From: Candidatus Levyibacteriota bacterium
Lineage (GTDB): Bacteria > Patescibacteriota > Microgenomatia > Levybacterales > UBA12049
DNA: 64,000 bases
Assembly: GCA_016182235.1 (NCBI GenBank)
Contig: JACOXT010000005.1
Location: 677-64,676, forward strand
Direction of reading: 5' to 3'
Of the stretch, positions 16,798 to 26,304 are shown piece after piece (position 1 is the stretch's first letter; each line of letters starts with the position of its first letter). The translations under genes and the position numbers were made by a program. The notes beneath the pieces are model-generated. The model made no database searches, was not told where the DNA came from, and was given only the letters and a program-made list of their open reading frames with translations.

Positions 16798-18885
16798 ATG
16801 AACCTTCAAACACCTATTCCGAAAGGTGGATCTAACTTTAAGCTCTATGCGCGAAGACTGGAAAGGCTTGGAGTAAAGATTTTTGAAGATTTGCTTTATC
16901 ATATTCCTTCACGTTACGAAGACTACTCTTTAATTTCAAAAATTGGACAAGTGCAGGCCGGAGAAACCGTAACTGTAAGAGGTACGGTTTTGGAGATAAA
17001 AAATGAATACACAAGGGGGTTCAAAAATTTACAAAAAGCAAAGTTATCCGACGACACAGGAGAAATAAATATTGTTTGGTTTAACCAGCCTTATTTAGTA
17101 AGGATTATACACGCAAACGACAATATTTCTATCTCAGGGAAAGTGAACTGGTTTTCCAATAAACTGGTTCTGCAATCTCCTGAATATGAATTAGCTAATG
17201 AATCGTTTTCACTTCATACGGGAAGATTGGTCCCCATATATCCAGAGACTAAAGGAGTATCGTCTAAATGGTTACGCCGCCAAATATACAATGTATTGAA
17301 AGATAGCAGACAAAATTTGACTGAATATCTTCCGGACTCAATTATAAATAATTATGACTTATTAGGAGTAAATGAGGCAATTGAACAAATTCACTTTCCG
17401 AAAACCTTGGAAAATGCCGAAAAAGCGAAAAAAAGACTAGCTTTTGACGAATTTTTTTTAATGCACCTTTCTTCTATACAAAGAAGGTCAACTTGGAGAA
17501 AAACTCTAGTTAGCAATCCTTACTCAATCTCAAATTACAAGAAAGAAATTGAAGATTTTTGGAAAAAACTTCCCTTTACGCTTACAAATGCCCAGAAAAG
17601 GGGAGTGGGTGAGATATTTAAAGACTTGGCAGGAAAAAAACCAATGAACAGGCTTCTGGAAGGGGACGTAGGAAGCGGAAAAACAGTAGTATCTGCAATA
17701 GCGATGTTTCTAAATTTTCTTAATGGTTACCAGTCAGTCTTTATGGCGCCAACTGAAATATTAGCTATTCAACATTATAATACAATATCCAAACTCTTGT
17801 CACCCTTTGGGATTAAAGTCCAGTTATTTACATCTAGTTCAAATTTCAAGAAGAATAAAGATTTAAGATTAAAGATTAAAGAATCAGATCATAAATCATC
17901 CATCGTTAATCATAAATCTCCTACCAATTTTGGTGTAGCTGTCGGCACACATGCATTATTGTATGAAAAAATTGAATTTGAAAAATTAGGTTTGGTTGTA
18001 ATTGACGAACAGCAACGTTTTGGTGTTGAGCAAAGAGCAATTATAAGACGAAAGGGCAAAAATCCTCACCTTCTTACAATGACCGCAACTCCCATACCAA
18101 GAACTATTGCCTTGACTTTGTATGGAGATTTGGATCTTTCTCTTTTGGATGAGATGCCAAAAGGAAGAAAATATATTAAAACATGGCTTGTTGGAAGAGA
18201 AAAAAGAATATCAGCCTACCGATGGATTGAAAAACAAATAAAAGAAACGAATAGTCAAGTATTTATAATCTGTCCTTTTATAGAGGAATCTGAAACTATG
18301 CAGACAGTTAAAGCCGCAAGTCGAGAATATGAATACTTGAAAAAAGACGTTTTTAAAAAATTTAAGCTTGGACTTCTGCATGGAAAACTTAAAACAAGGG
18401 ATAAAGATAAAGTTCTTCAAGACTTTAGAGATAAAAAGATTGACATCTTGGTTGCAACACCGGTTGTTGAGGTCGGGATTGATATTCCAAACGCCACTAT
18501 TATTGTAATTGAAGCATCAGAGCGTTTCGGACTAGCACAGTTACATCAATTAAGAGGAAGGGTAGGAAGGGGAAACAAACAATCATATTGTCTTTTGTTT
18601 ACTGAAAGTAAAAACCAAGAAACTTTAGAAAGGCTTAAGGCGATGGAAAGATATCACGTTGGAGCAGAACTCGCGGAGCTTGATCTCAAGATGAGAGGAC
18701 CGGGAGAGATTTATGGAACCATGCAGCACGGAAGACGTATGCTTAAAGTCGCCAGCTTTTCAGACTTTGAATTAATCAAAAAAACGAGATTGTGCGCTCA
18801 AAAAATCTTCCCTAGTCTAGATGAATATCCACTCCTGAAAGAAAAACTAAAAACCCTAAACCTAAAACAAGTCTCCCCAGACTAA
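16798..18885 (+). CDS. recG: ATP-dependent DNA helicase RecG
   Basis: wedge/OB N-terminus, LTNAQKR, GDVGSGKT (Walker A), VIDEQQRFG (DEQH), TATPIPRT, QLHQLRGRVGRG. Confidence 0.93.
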   Translation: MNLQTPIPKGGSNFKLYARRLERLGVKIFEDLLYHIPSRYEDYSLISKIGQVQAGETVTVRGTVLEIKNEYTRGFKNLQKAKLSDDTGEINIVWFNQPYLVRIIHANDNISISGKVNWFSNKLVLQSPEYELANESFSLHTGRLVPIYPETKGVSSKWLRRQIYNVLKDSRQNLTEYLPDSIINNYDLLGVNEAIEQIHFPKTLENAEKAKKRLAFDEFFLMHLSSIQRRSTWRKTLVSNPYSISNYKKEIEDFWKKLPFTLTNAQKRGVGEIFKDLAGKKPMNRLLEGDVGSGKTVVSAIAMFLNFLNGYQSVFMAPTEILAIQHYNTISKLLSPFGIKVQLFTSSSNFKKNKDLRLKIKESDHKSSIVNHKSPTNFGVAVGTHALLYEKIEFEKLGLVVIDEQQRFGVEQRAIIRRKGKNPHLLTMTATPIPRTIALTLYGDLDLSLLDEMPKGRKYIKTWLVGREKRISAYRWIEKQIKETNSQVFIICPFIEESETMQTVKAASREYEYLKKDVFKKFKLGLLHGKLKTRDKDKVLQDFRDKKIDILVATPVVEVGIDIPNATIIVIEASERFGLAQLHQLRGRVGRGNKQSYCLLFTESKNQETLERLKAMERYHVGAELAELDLKMRGPGEIYGTMQHGRRMLKVASFSDFELIKKTRLCAQKIFPSLDEYPLLKEKLKTLNLKQVSPD
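17870..17928. repeat. 7-nt period AT-rich array read in frame inside recG
   Basis: gatt/gaat at 17870, 17877, 17884, 17891 then aatc at 17904, 17918, 17925; translated KDLRLKIKESDHKSSIVNHKS. Confidence 0.55.
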
Positions 18886-18903
18886 GACGACTAATTCAGA
18901 TCC

Positions 18904-18932
18904 TTGAAAGAATCTTATTAAACTGCTATAAT
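18904..18932 (+). promoter_or_regulatory. sigma70-type promoter TTGAAA-17-TATAAT, 6 nt before the rpmF ATG
   Basis: ttgaaa 18904-18909, 17-nt spacer, tataat 18927-18932, ATG 18939. Confidence 0.6.
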
Positions 18933-18938
18933 TTGTTT

Positions 18939-19160
18939 ATGCCGCAGGAACCAAAAAAAAGACATTCAAGGCAAAGAAAAGGCAAAAGAAGAGCCAGTAT
19001 AAAGCTTAAGAAATTAAGTTTTGTTTTATGTCAGAATTGTAAAAGCGTTATGCTTCCGCATATAGTGTGCAAAAAATGCGGGTTTTATGCCGGGCAAAAA
19101 GTATTAACTATTAATACGACTAAGGTCGTTCGAAAAGAAGGACAAGAAAAAATTGCGTAA
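18939..19160 (+). CDS. rpmF: 50S ribosomal protein L32
   Basis: MPQEPKKRHSRQRKGKRRA..CQNC..PHIVCKKCGFYAG zinc-ribbon pattern. Confidence 0.88.
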   Translation: MPQEPKKRHSRQRKGKRRASIKLKKLSFVLCQNCKSVMLPHIVCKKCGFYAGQKVLTINTTKVVRKEGQEKIA

Positions 19161-19163
19161 GCT

Positions 19164-19508
19164 ATGAAAACCCCCTTGGATCCTCGACATAAAAAAAGGC
19201 AACATCTCGTTGAAGAACTGTTTATGATAGATTTCCATAAGCAGAAAGTGAGTACCGACACAAAAAATATTTTAATTCATATTGACTTTATTGATAAAAA
19301 AATATCATCAGCCGCGCCGGAATTCTCTATAGATAAAATAAATAAGACCGACTTGGCAATATTAAGACTTGCAGTATACGAGCTTCTGGTTGAAAAAAAA
19401 GAGCCTTCAAAGGTAATTATTGACGAAGCAATTGAGCTAGCCAAAGAATATGGCGGAGACACGAGCCCCGCATTTATAAACGGCGCATTGGGGAATATTA
19501 AGATATGA
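19164..19508 (+). CDS. nusB: transcription antitermination factor NusB
   Basis: [13 protein letters not shown]...[26 protein letters not shown]. Confidence 0.85.
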   Translation: MKTPLDPRHKKRQHLVEELFMIDFHKQKVSTDTKNILIHIDFIDKKISSAAPEFSIDKINKTDLAILRLAVYELLVEKKEPSKVIIDEAIELAKEYGGDTSPAFINGALGNIKI

Positions 19509-19541
19509 GGCCTGCGATGTTAAAGTAAAGAGTAAATTATT

Positions 19542-20201
19542 ATGGAGCTCCCAAAACTAAAAAACACAAAACTTTTTGAAGAAGCGTTCACGCATAAGTC
19601 CTATCTTAACGAGGTAAAACAGAAAATACCCTCAAATGAAAGACTCGAGTTTTTGGGAGATAGCATCTTATCATTTGTAGTATCAAGTTTCTTATTCGAA
19701 AAGTACCCAAACTTCAATGAAGGGACACTCACCAACATTAGGTCTCTTTTGGTTAACACGAAGAGCTTATCTATGTTGGCTCGCGAACTAAATATCGGAA
19801 AACTTCTTAAACTCTCCCGCGGAGAAGAAGAGTCAAAAGGAAGAGAGAACGATGCGATTCTTGAAAATAGTTTCGAGGCTTTTGTTGGAGCATTTTTTCT
19901 AGATCAAGGAATCGAAGCCGTAAGGGATTTTTTAGAAAGAGTACTCCTTAATAAAATAAAAAATTTAATAAAAAGTAAATCTTTTAAGGACCCCAAAAGC
20001 ATATTGCAGGAGGTTGTACAGGCAAAAAAACAAAATTCTCCTATTTATAAGGTACTAGAAGAATCAGGACCTGCTCATTCAAAGACATTTAGAGTAGGTG
20101 TTTATGTTAATGAAATTATGGTCGGGGCGGGAATAGGGAAGTCAAAGCAAATCGCAGAATCGTCTGCTGCTAAAATCGCACTTGAGAGAGGAAGTTTTTA
20201 G
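19542..20201 (+). CDS. rnc: ribonuclease III
   Basis: signature ERLEFLGDSIL, ENSFEAFVGAFFLD, C-terminal dsRBD (DPKSILQE..GPAHSKTF). Confidence 0.93.
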   Translation: MELPKLKNTKLFEEAFTHKSYLNEVKQKIPSNERLEFLGDSILSFVVSSFLFEKYPNFNEGTLTNIRSLLVNTKSLSMLARELNIGKLLKLSRGEEESKGRENDAILENSFEAFVGAFFLDQGIEAVRDFLERVLLNKIKNLIKSKSFKDPKSILQEVVQAKKQNSPIYKVLEESGPAHSKTFRVGVYVNEIMVGAGIGKSKQIAESSAAKIALERGSF

Positions 20202-20210
20202 TGGTACAAT
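20202..20210 (+). promoter_or_regulatory. extended -10 (TGgTACAAT) 6 nt before the rpsP ATG
   Basis: tggtacaat 20202-20210, ATG 20217. Confidence 0.5.
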
Positions 20211-20216
20211 ACCTTC

Positions 20217-20444
20217 ATGTCTGTTGTAATTAGATTATCAAAAATAGGTAGGCGAGGAGAGGCAAGGTTTCGTGTTGTTGTGAGCGAGAAAAGAAGTAGA
20301 CGTGACGGGAAACCTATAGAGATACTTGGCTGGTATGAAAAAAGACAAGATTCACAGAATAAAAATGTAAACATGGAAAGATATAATTATTGGGTATCTA
20401 AAGGCGGCATACCCAGTCAGACAGTTCTAAAGATAGTGAAGTAA
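20217..20444 (+). CDS. rpsP: 30S ribosomal protein S16
   Basis: MSVVIRLSKIGRRGEARFRVVVSEKRSRRDGKPIEILGWY. Confidence 0.93.
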   Translation: MSVVIRLSKIGRRGEARFRVVVSEKRSRRDGKPIEILGWYEKRQDSQNKNVNMERYNYWVSKGGIPSQTVLKIVK

Positions 20445-20686
20445 TGAAAAAAGCATTGGAATATATTGTTATGTCTATTGTTGAGACTCCTCAAGAAGTA
20501 GAGATAAGTGAAAATGAGGATAACGGAATGGTAAATTTTACAATCAAGGTCGCTTCCTCTGATATGGGACGAATCATCGGTAAAAACGGTAAGGTAATAA
20601 GAGGCATCAGAAACGCAATAAAAATACTCGCAATAAAACAAAATAAAAGAATAAACATCGCTCTTTCTGAAACCCCTTCAGAGTAA
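20444..20686 (+). CDS. KH-domain RNA-binding protein (UPF0109/YlqC-like)
   Basis: IKVASSDMGRIIGKNGKVIRGIRNAIK (GxxG KH motif); conserved position between rpsP and trmD. Confidence 0.8.
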   Translation: MKKALEYIVMSIVETPQEVEISENEDNGMVNFTIKVASSDMGRIIGKNGKVIRGIRNAIKILAIKQNKRINIALSETPSE

Positions 20687-20687
20687 A

Positions 20688-21389
20688 ATGAAGATTTCGA
20701 TCTTAACGCTTTTCCCCGAAATGTTTTCAGGGCCTTTTGATTACTCCATTATAAAAAGAGCAAAAGAAAAAAATATTGTCAATATAGACTTCGTAAATAT
20801 TCGTGAATTTGGCATTGGCAGACATAAGATCGTTGACGACAAACCATACGGAGGAGGAACTGGCATGATATTAAGAGTGGATGTCTTAGAAAGAGCTATT
20901 TTGGCAGCAAAAGAAAATGGTCCCTCTGGAGCTGACGGACAAAAAGTTATTCTTTTAGGAGCGCAGGGCAAAACCTTTAATCAAAAATACGCGGAAAGCT
21001 TCTCTAAACTACAACATCTTATTCTTATTTGCGGACACTATGAAGGGGTTGACGAAAGAATCAAGAATTTTATAGATGAGGAGATATCTATTGGAGATTT
21101 CATAGTTACTGGAGGTGAGATCCCCGCAATGACTATTACAGATGCTGTAGTACGACTCAAAAAAGGGGTTCTAAAAGAAGGTGTCACTGGGTCAGAATCA
21201 TTTTCACCTCTTCTTGAATATCCTCAATACACAAGGCCAGAAGTTTTCAGAAATATGTCTGTACCAAAAGTATTAACAAGCGGAAACCACAAAGAAATTC
21301 TTAAATGGAGAGAGAAAATTGCGCTTCAAAATACTAAAAAACTTCGTCCGGATATTCTAAGATCGAGCATTACTCGAGAAAAGGATTAG
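20688..21389 (+). CDS. trmD: tRNA (guanine37-N1)-methyltransferase
   Basis: ILTLFPEMF, VDDKPYGGGTGMIL, ICGHYEGVDERI, GDFIVTGGEIPAM. Confidence 0.93.
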   Translation: MKISILTLFPEMFSGPFDYSIIKRAKEKNIVNIDFVNIREFGIGRHKIVDDKPYGGGTGMILRVDVLERAILAAKENGPSGADGQKVILLGAQGKTFNQKYAESFSKLQHLILICGHYEGVDERIKNFIDEEISIGDFIVTGGEIPAMTITDAVVRLKKGVLKEGVTGSESFSPLLEYPQYTRPEVFRNMSVPKVLTSGNHKEILKWREKIALQNTKKLRPDILRSSITREKD

Positions 21390-22119
21390 TGCTCTTTATA
21401 GCAGAAGATGTGGAGGGGGAAGGAGAAAAATCAATTAACGACGTGTTATTAAAACTTTCCATTTTACTTAGTAACGACAGTTTCTCTTGGGAAATGGAAT
21501 TTATGGTAAGATTTTTCAAAAGAGAGGCAACCGGCAAAACTTTGTAGTAAAATAGTAAAGTTACGGTTGATGAATTGCTGTCTGTCGTTACAGACCCAAT
21601 CTCAGATAAGGGCAAAGTTTTTTGAATCTCAGTTATAAAACTATTAACAGCTCCTATATCACTGTCTAAAGTAACAGTTAAGCCAGTGCTTGTTGACCCT
21701 TCTTCTTTTTGTTCCTCTTCTTGTTCTTCTTCCTGTTCGCCTTGAGTCAGTTCTCCAACTGCAAATGAAAATCTTCCTATTCTTACACCAGTTTTTTGTG
21801 AAGCAAAAAATATAGCATTTAATATTCCTCCAAAGTCTTTATTTATTGGGAGGGCAAGAGTTGAGGTTCTAAGCTGTGATTCAAGTAACCCTACATCAAG
21901 ATTTTCAAGTGTACCTAGATTATTTCTAAGCGTACTAAGCTTTTGAGAAGCGTTTCTCGCTTCCTCCTGGACTACAAATAGAGTCTTAATTTGGGGAATA
22001 ATAACTAATATAACAAGTGCCAAGCAAACAAAAACTACAATCGTTGGGACAATAAAATACTTGTTGCGGTTGTAGATAATTTTCAAAGATTGTATGTCTG
22101 TGTTTACTCTATTTTCCAT
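21370..22119 (-). CDS. PilO-like pilus assembly protein
   Basis: N-terminal TM (IVPTIVVFVCLALVILVII) plus coiled coil, directly downstream of pilM-pilN; acidic EQEEEQEEEQKEE insert; assignment by context. Confidence 0.5.
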   Translation of the reverse strand: MENRVNTDIQSLKIIYNRNKYFIVPTIVVFVCLALVILVIIPQIKTLFVVQEEARNASQKLSTLRNNLGTLENLDVGLLESQLRTSTLALPINKDFGGILNAIFFASQKTGVRIGRFSFAVGELTQGEQEEEQEEEQKEEGSTSTGLTVTLDSDIGAVNSFITEIQKTLPLSEIGSVTTDSNSSTVTLLFYYKVLPVASLLKNLTINSISQEKLSLLSKMESFNNTSLIDFSPSPSTSSAIKSTNPFLE

Positions 22120-22123
22120 ACTA

Positions 22124-22657
22124 TTAAAGATCCGATGTCAAAGAAACTGAATAACTATTTCCGCTGTCATCAAATGTCAGGGTACCTAATGAGATCGAAC
22201 TGATAACCTCTCTTTTCTCTGCCATAGCAATTAGATTATTAATAAGCTCATCAATTGCTCTTAGGGAAGTTGAGGAAACAGTCAAAGTAAGCCTTTTGTT
22301 ATCTATCTCCAAATTCTGAATAGCTATCTCAATAGGCATTATCGAAAGAAGGCTATTGATGCTTTCAGAAAGATCACCTCTATTTTTAAGAAGGCCGGAT
22401 ATATTATCAAGCCTATTATTTATAATAGAAAGCTTAATGCTTCTATCTTGAAGTTCGGATATTTGAGACATCGTATCTTCCTGCTGCCTTTTAATGCCCG
22501 TTGGATTAATCGATTGAGTAAATAGAAAAACGATTAACGACACAATGCCAATCATTATTGGGGAAGAAATCGCGATAATGTTTGCAATTCTTATCTTTTT
22601 TTGTTGCTCAAGAAAATCTTTATCCTGAGGCAAGACAAGATTTATGTTAGTATTCAT
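22124..22657 (-). CDS. pilN: PilN-like pilus assembly protein
   Basis: short cytoplasmic N-terminus, single TM (IAISSPIMIGIVSLIVFLF), coiled coil; follows pilM. Confidence 0.6.
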   Translation of the reverse strand: MNTNINLVLPQDKDFLEQQKKIRIANIIAISSPIMIGIVSLIVFLFTQSINPTGIKRQQEDTMSQISELQDRSIKLSIINNRLDNISGLLKNRGDLSESINSLLSIMPIEIAIQNLEIDNKRLTLTVSSTSLRAIDELINNLIAMAEKREVISSISLGTLTFDDSGNSYSVSLTSDL

Positions 22658-22663
22658 ATTCCG

Positions 22664-23692
22664 CTATAAATCTCTCATCGCAAGACCAACAGCAATAGTA
22701 AAATCAGATGCGCTAGAGACTATTTCCTGGGGTACCACTTGACTTGCAAGAATTTTCCACGGATTGGCAAGTGCCGTCTCAATTCCTAAGTTTTCTGCAA
22801 AAAAAAGATCAATTCCCGGAAGTCGCGCGGTGCCTCCAGATAGAAGTATTTGCTGTATTAAAGAATCGTCATGATACTTTTCTGAGTAAAAAGCTAACGT
22901 TTTTTTTACCTCGCCTAAAATTGAAGTCAATATAAGCTCCGTGGACTTACCAACTTTTTGTCCCATCCCTTCCTTGGATAATCCGTACGCTTTTTTATAC
23001 GCTTCCGATTGAGATAAAGTTAGCCCAAAATCCGATGAAATCGCGCGACTAATCGCGTTCCCGCCTGTTGGAATTGAGTATGTAAAAACTAAGATATTAT
23101 CCTTAACAATTGCCAGAGAAGTACTAATCGCGCCAATACTCAAAATAATTGTTGGAGGGAGGCCCGAATAAGACAATGCCCTGACTACAGATAATATCTC
23201 TGTCTCAATCGCGTAAAGGTTTAATCCGGAAGCCTCTATTATGTTTTGATATTTCTTAATAAGAGTCGTAGGCGCTCCTACCAACAAAACCCGCATTTTT
23301 TCATCCTTAGACTCTTTTGGCGGTTTTTTCAATACGTTCCATACAAGAGTTATGTCGGACAAAGATACTGGGATATTTTGCTCTGCTTCCCAATGAATGG
23401 CCAGAGCCAATTCTCTATCTGAAAGAGCAGGCATATCTATGACTTTTGTGTAAACTTGGGTATCATCCAGAGCAACATTTACGTTTTTACTGTCCGCTTT
23501 CAAATTGGATACTACTTTTTTTATTGCTTTGGCTATGTTCTCCTGGTCAAGAGGTGATTCTGAAAACATACCTCGCGGAGGGGTGGGTATGGAAAAAGCC
23601 GAATTCAAAAAAAAACCTTCTTTTTGCCGTGATAAAGACACTGCTTTAATGTTGGTTAAGCCGATATCCAAACCGATAGATTTCTTGCCCAT
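22664..23692 (-). CDS. pilM: type IV pilus assembly ATPase-fold protein PilM
   Basis: actin-like fold motifs IGLDIGLTNIKAV, LLSGGTARLPGI; 342 aa. Confidence 0.85.
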   Translation of the reverse strand: MGKKSIGLDIGLTNIKAVSLSRQKEGFFLNSAFSIPTPPRGMFSESPLDQENIAKAIKKVVSNLKADSKNVNVALDDTQVYTKVIDMPALSDRELALAIHWEAEQNIPVSLSDITLVWNVLKKPPKESKDEKMRVLLVGAPTTLIKKYQNIIEASGLNLYAIETEILSVVRALSYSGLPPTIILSIGAISTSLAIVKDNILVFTYSIPTGGNAISRAISSDFGLTLSQSEAYKKAYGLSKEGMGQKVGKSTELILTSILGEVKKTLAFYSEKYHDDSLIQQILLSGGTARLPGIDLFFAENLGIETALANPWKILASQVVPQEIVSSASDFTIAVGLAMRDL

Positions 23693-23697
23693 AGTAA

Positions 23698-24582
23698 TTA
23701 ATTCGAGGGTACAAATAAACCATATGAAATATATGGCAGGAAAGCTTGTGAAAATCCTTTAAAAACAGAAATCCTACGACTCGCTTCTCCGCTTTCTCCG
23801 GTTGAAGTGATCTGGTAACCTTGAGATGGGAAGGTCGCTCCTCCAACTTCCGCTCCAATAAAAGTACTTTTATAAACAGGAATTGCTCGAACAAATATTC
23901 CTTCTGTAATATTTAAGTTTGTTGTTTCAAATTGAAGAGTCTTTCCTCCAATAGGCGTAGGTGATGTCGATGCCGGACTAAACCCATTTCCCCTATGGGT
24001 ATTACATGGATCAAATACACTTCGTGTTGAAGATACATTGAGAGAAGAAGTTCCACGTATCACTATTACTTCTATAGCAGCTGGCCAATTTGATGGATTT
24101 GAATCATCTGCGCATATCTCACCCGCTACGCCCCAATGCAATGTTAAATCCAAAGTTGCCCCGGGTACAGAAAATTCGATTTCGTCATTAGTGGGATCTT
24201 GATTCGCCAGCCAAATGTCTACTCCCTCGCTTTGCGGAATCAGACTTCCTCCATTTACCAGGAGTAGATTTGCACCTGTGCCAACCTCAACCACATTGGT
24301 ATCGTATCCAGTTAAAGGGGAGAGGCTTCCGCTGCTCAATCCTACTTGAGTATCTTGCAAGGCCCTTTCTATCCCTGCCTCGGCTGCGGCTAGCGCTTTT
24401 TGAGATTCTGCCTCCTCGGTTGAAGTCCTTATGTTTGTGATGCTTCGTCCGGCAATAGACAAACCAATAGTTAATGAAACAATAATTACCAATATAACAA
24501 TCAAAAGAACCTGCCCACTCTCCCAACTTTGAACTTTGCATTTTGAACTTTGAACTGCTTGAAGCATATATTTAGAATACAA
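23698..24582 (-). CDS. PilX-like / minor-pilin-like protein
   Basis: N-terminal SGQVLLIVILVIIVSLTIGLSIAG hydrophobic segment as in PilX_N; located between the pilin genes and pilM; N-terminus encoded by a heptad array. Confidence 0.5.
   Translation of the reverse strand: MYSKYMLQAVQSSKCKVQSWESGQVLLIVILVIIVSLTIGLSIAGRSITNIRTSTEEAESQKALAAAEAGIERALQDTQVGLSSGSLSPLTGYDTNVVEVGTGANLLLVNGGSLIPQSEGVDIWLANQDPTNDEIEFSVPGATLDLTLHWGVAGEICADDSNPSNWPAAIEVIVIRGTSSLNVSSTRSVFDPCNTHRGNGFSPASTSPTPIGGKTLQFETTNLNITEGIFVRAIPVYKSTFIGAEVGGATFPSQGYQITSTGESGEASRRISVFKGFSQAFLPYISYGLFVPSN
24525..24557. repeat. 7-nt period array (aactttg-like x5) at the 5' end of the PilX-like ORF
   Basis: aac at 24525, 24532, 24546, 24553 (variant unit at 24539). 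Confidence 0.6.
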
Positions 24583-24609
24583 GTCTTTCTATGCTTTGTC
24601 AACAGTATT

Positions 24610-25236
24610 TTATCTTTGATAATTTCTCATTGTCACTGAAGTTTCAAAAAGGATCGGCGGATTGGAACTTTCAACAAGATTACTTGATCCTTTTGGTTTA
24701 AGCTCAAACTTTATTCCAATTACGGGCACATCGGATGTCCCTGACACAGTGCAAGTGAAAGAACAACTCGGCACCTCTATGGTAGATGTATCAATAAAAG
24801 ATCCGCTGTCTGAAGCAATAGTAATGGGAGTTCCAGCACAAGAATATATGATTGGAGTGCTATTAAATGGCTTTATTCTAATATATTTATAAGGTGTTGT
24901 TGCTCCTGCCGGACACTGCATGATAGCTGGAGTTGCGAAATTATCGTCACTAAATCCATTAAATGACTCTGCAAACCCTATTGTTCTCCCGATTTGGGAA
25001 ATCGCGTAATTGCCATTCTGTCTTATGTTCTCAATAGTATTTGTTTTATTTGTTCCGCGAAGAGAAAATGTGATAACACCTACTACGATTGACCCAATTG
25101 CGACTAGAACAGTTATTACTACAACAAGTTCGATTAGCGTAAAACCTTCGGTTTTAAGATTAATGATTGATGAATAATGATTAATGATCTCACCAGAATA
25201 TTTCTTTCTATTCATAAATCTTAAATCTTTAATCAT
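24610..25236 (-). CDS. type IV pilin-like protein (minor pilin)
   Basis: KTEGFTLIELVVVITVLVAIG prepilin cleavage/methylation motif plus hydrophobic helix; start uncertain (Met codons at 25236 and 25215, both inside a repeat array). Confidence 0.8.
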   Translation of the reverse strand: MIKDLRFMNRKKYSGEIINHYSSIINLKTEGFTLIELVVVITVLVAIGSIVVGVITFSLRGTNKTNTIENIRQNGNYAISQIGRTIGFAESFNGFSDDNFATPAIMQCPAGATTPYKYIRIKPFNSTPIIYSCAGTPITIASDSGSFIDTSTIEVPSCSFTCTVSGTSDVPVIGIKFELKPKGSSNLVESSNPPILFETSVTMRNYQR

Positions 25237-25244
25237 AAATCACT
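25210..25244. repeat. 7-nt period array (aatcNNN x5) covering the start region of the 24610 pilin gene
   Basis: attcata/aatctta/aatcttt/aatcata/aatcact. Confidence 0.65.
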
Positions 25245-25246
25245 TA

Positions 25247-25726
25247 TCAAGGTGTTGGTTTAACTTCAATATTATAAAAACAAGAAATAATTTCCACTTT
25301 ATGGCAATACGGATTGCCCGCGGGACATTTACCATCCGACCAGAATACAGTTGATGCAACCTTACTGCCGATTGGATTACCACCACTGTCAGGACATTCA
25401 GAACTAACATGATCAATATCTATTGCTCTTATAAAAATTCCAACTATACCATCCATTATACAGTTTGACGAAGCAGTTAAAATCTTCGACTGGGGAAGGC
25501 AATTATTTGAGGCAAGTCCAGAAAAAGTAGCCCAGCTTGAACTCTTGATCTGTCTTATGACTTCTAAGCCTTCCTGCGCATACTGATTTGCTAAATTCTG
25601 ATTTTTTGTGAAGGTAGTGTTGCTTAAGGAGGAAATGACAACAGATGTAATCGCACTTAATATGAAAACGGCAGCGCTTAGTGCCAACAATGTCTCCAAA
25701 AGTGTCTGTCCCTTTTGATTTTTCAT
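25247..25726 (-). CDS. type IV pilin-like protein (minor pilin)
   Basis: MKNQKGQTLLETLLALSAAVFIL: short basic leader, Gly, Glu at +5, hydrophobic helix. Confidence 0.7.
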   Translation of the reverse strand: MKNQKGQTLLETLLALSAAVFILSAITSVVISSLSNTTFTKNQNLANQYAQEGLEVIRQIKSSSWATFSGLASNNCLPQSKILTASSNCIMDGIVGIFIRAIDIDHVSSECPDSGGNPIGSKVASTVFWSDGKCPAGNPYCHKVEIISCFYNIEVKPTP

Positions 25727-26304
25727 TGAATTTTTATTCTTCCTAATTTGTCAATCACAATAAGCTTACTATCCGATCCTGATATTAGCTTAACTTGCCA
25801 CGGATAACAGATAGGTGGAGAGCAAGAGCATCCGCTGTTTTCAACGACCCCACCCTCTAACACCGGAAATAAAAACGAGTGGTCTGTTCCAGAACAAGCT
25901 TCCTCAAAATCAACAGAATCTGGAAGACTTCCTGCAGAAATTATATGAGTTGTTGTGCAATACGCAATCAGTTGATAGTCTTTGTTGCTTAACATATCTA
26001 CTCCGTATCCCTCAAGAGCATTAGCGCCACATGTGTTTGGCTTTACCTGAGACAAAGCGCGCGATTTTGCCAGATTAAGCGTATTTGCAACGTCAATGGC
26101 CGCATTCTGAAGAACTTTGGTCTCGTTATAGCTATTAAACGAAGCTATACCAAATGCGGACAAAATACTCATAACAGAAAAAACAACAATTAATTCGATC
26201 AACGTAAAACCTTGGGATTTTATATTGCCATATTGTTTTACTGTCGTATTGTTTTTTTTAGCAATGTAGCAATGTAGCAATGTAGCAATTTCTGTAAGGA
26301 TCAT
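25723..26304 (-). CDS. type IV pilin-like protein (minor pilin)
   Basis: KSQGFTLIELIVVFSVMSILSAF; long apparent leader encoded partly by the gcaatgta repeat, true start uncertain. Confidence 0.75.
   Translation of the reverse strand: MILTEIATLLHCYIAKKNNTTVKQYGNIKSQGFTLIELIVVFSVMSILSAFGIASFNSYNETKVLQNAAIDVANTLNLAKSRALSQVKPNTCGANALEGYGVDMLSNKDYQLIAYCTTTHIISAGSLPDSVDFEEACSGTDHSFLFPVLEGGVVENSGCSCSPPICYPWQVKLISGSDSKLIVIDKLGRIKIQ
26261..26290. repeat. 8-nt tandem repeat gcaatgta x3 (+gcaatt)
   Basis: gcaat at 26261, 26269, 26277, 26285; lies in the 5' end of the 25723-26304 ORF. Confidence 0.75.

Noticed and set aside
21700-21745. GAA/GAG-rich tract encoding EQEEEQEEEQKEE in the PilO-like gene
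   Set aside because: It is an in-frame acidic low-complexity linker. It is not related to the 7-nt arrays or the GC-rich palindromes.
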